Below, piece after piece: positions 62,636 to 64,000 of a DNA stretch of 64,000 nucleotides. A program made the translations under genes and the position numbers. Each line of letters begins with the position of its first letter. The stretch's first letter is position 1. Under the pieces are notes generated by a model that was given only the letters and a program-made list of their open reading frames with translations, was not told the origin of the DNA and ran no database searches. Origin of the DNA: Eledone cirrhosa (taxonomy: Eukaryota); contig OZ024761.1 of NCBI GenBank assembly GCA_964016885.1, positions 7,440,001 to 7,504,000 of the forward strand, in the 5' to 3' direction.

Positions 62636-64000
62636 GCTCTTGATATACACACACACATACATTGTGGAGATGATAATGGGCATATTGTGTTGTTAGTCCA
62701 TAGTCCAGAGCAAGGAAGATGATATTTTTCCTGTTTTATGATAATCGAAATACTTAAGTTTACCAAAATAACAGTACATCATCTTAAGTTACATTCCATA
62801 CAGTGTTCACAACTTTTGTCATAATGTCTCGACTACAACCTAGACGTGTTAAAAGCACAAAGTCCAAACATATAATTTAATTTGTAAAGGAAAGAGAGAG
62901 AGAGAGGGGGTGGGGGGAACAGACAGAGTGAAGGGAATAAAATCAATATAACAACAGATTTCACCCTTTTATAACAATACCTTTAACACTTAACATCATG
63001 TAATTTATTTAACATGTCTAAAAACAAGTTTGTTAATTCAAATGTTTATAGAGTCTTTAATACATTTACTAATAGACAGATTGTTGTGACTTTAATATTT
63101 AACCCTTTACATTCTTCTATATTTACTATTATATTTTCATGGTAAAGTCATAATTCCTGGGTTGAGGTGCATGTTGTGTTCTTGAGCAAAATACTTTAAG
63201 TTGCTTCAGTATACTCAGTTGAAAATAAGTACCAGCAGTAACAGGGGTTTAACCCTGCGATGGACTGGAAAAAAATCTTGCATCCTCAGCCACATCACGC
63301 CACGGAAACTGGGATAAACACTGACCCAATGAGCCCCACAGCTCGAGACAGATTTAGACTTGCTAATGTGGTTTCACGCGTCTTTGAATTTGAATATTTA
63401 TAGTAACTTTACTAATGGACTGATCATCTATCTCTATAAATTTCTGCGATTCTGTCACAACACGTAAAGAGAGAGAAGTAGTTTGACTACCTCATACTAC
63501 TCCTCTCTCTATACATCTGCCTGCCTGTGTGAATGTATATGAGTCTAAAAGGATGGAAGGGGATGAAAACTATGCAGTGTGAATGTATGCCTGTGATTCT
63601 ATATTTGTGTGTGTTTGCGTGTTTATATTTATGTACAGATGCACATGCACAGTGCACACACACAAACAAGTGTATGGAAAAAATTCTAGTTATGAAAAAT
63701 TGGCCGTGTTGGTGCAAAGACTTTTATATTTAATGTGATGCAGTCATTGTGCAGTTCATGCTTTTCAACAATGTCTTGCTAATGTGGTTTTATGTGGTTT
63801 GTTAATCCAAATATAGTATTTTTACTAGTGTACAGATTGTTGTGAAAATGTGTTGTATTACAGTAAAGACTTTAACCCGTTAGCATTTAAACTGGTCATA
63901 TCTGGCCTGAATTCTCTCACCTCTTTCTGTTCAAACCAGCTGTAACTTGCTACTCATACTGAAGTTAAAGTATTGTTCTCAAAATAAATAATATCAAAAT

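Noticed and set aside
53313-64000. Upstream unkempt exons or promoter
   Set aside because: I found no segment encoding the expected first zinc finger and no credible promoter by eye; they probably lie beyond the window, though a short exon could have been missed.

Overview
Eukaryotic, AT-rich, repeat-dense genomic DNA. The repeat landscape (RTE-type LINEs with (GAT)n tails, tRNA-headed SINEs, long (TA)n tracts) looks like an octopod cephalopod; that assignment is inference from recalled repeat families. The only host gene is an unkempt (UNK/UNKL-family CCCH zinc-finger RNA-binding protein) orthologue on the minus strand. I traced 11 internal GT-AG exons (53312 down to 2246; 1759 coding nt; phases consistent). 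The first zinc-finger exon(s) and the C-terminal coiled-coil/RING exons lie outside the window. The introns hold several RTE LINE copies (two with long RT ORFs carrying a C4HC3 PHD-like finger), a CRE/RLE-type LINE remnant, SINEs, TTAA-flanked piggyBac-like MITEs, Tc1/mariner-like MITEs, a non-autonomous Helitron and more than 12 minisatellite arrays. The long repetitive ORFs in the ORF track are satellite artefacts, and there is no CRISPR array or prokaryotic system. Best leads: a phase-matched diverged duplicate exon at 4740-4795 (candidate mutually exclusive exon); a SINE whose tail is a mosaic of two LINE families joined at ACGGG; a 7x tandem CRE (TGACGTCA) array; large satellites starting about 60-75 nt downstream of three splice donors; and several long hairpins. 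None is a proven new system.
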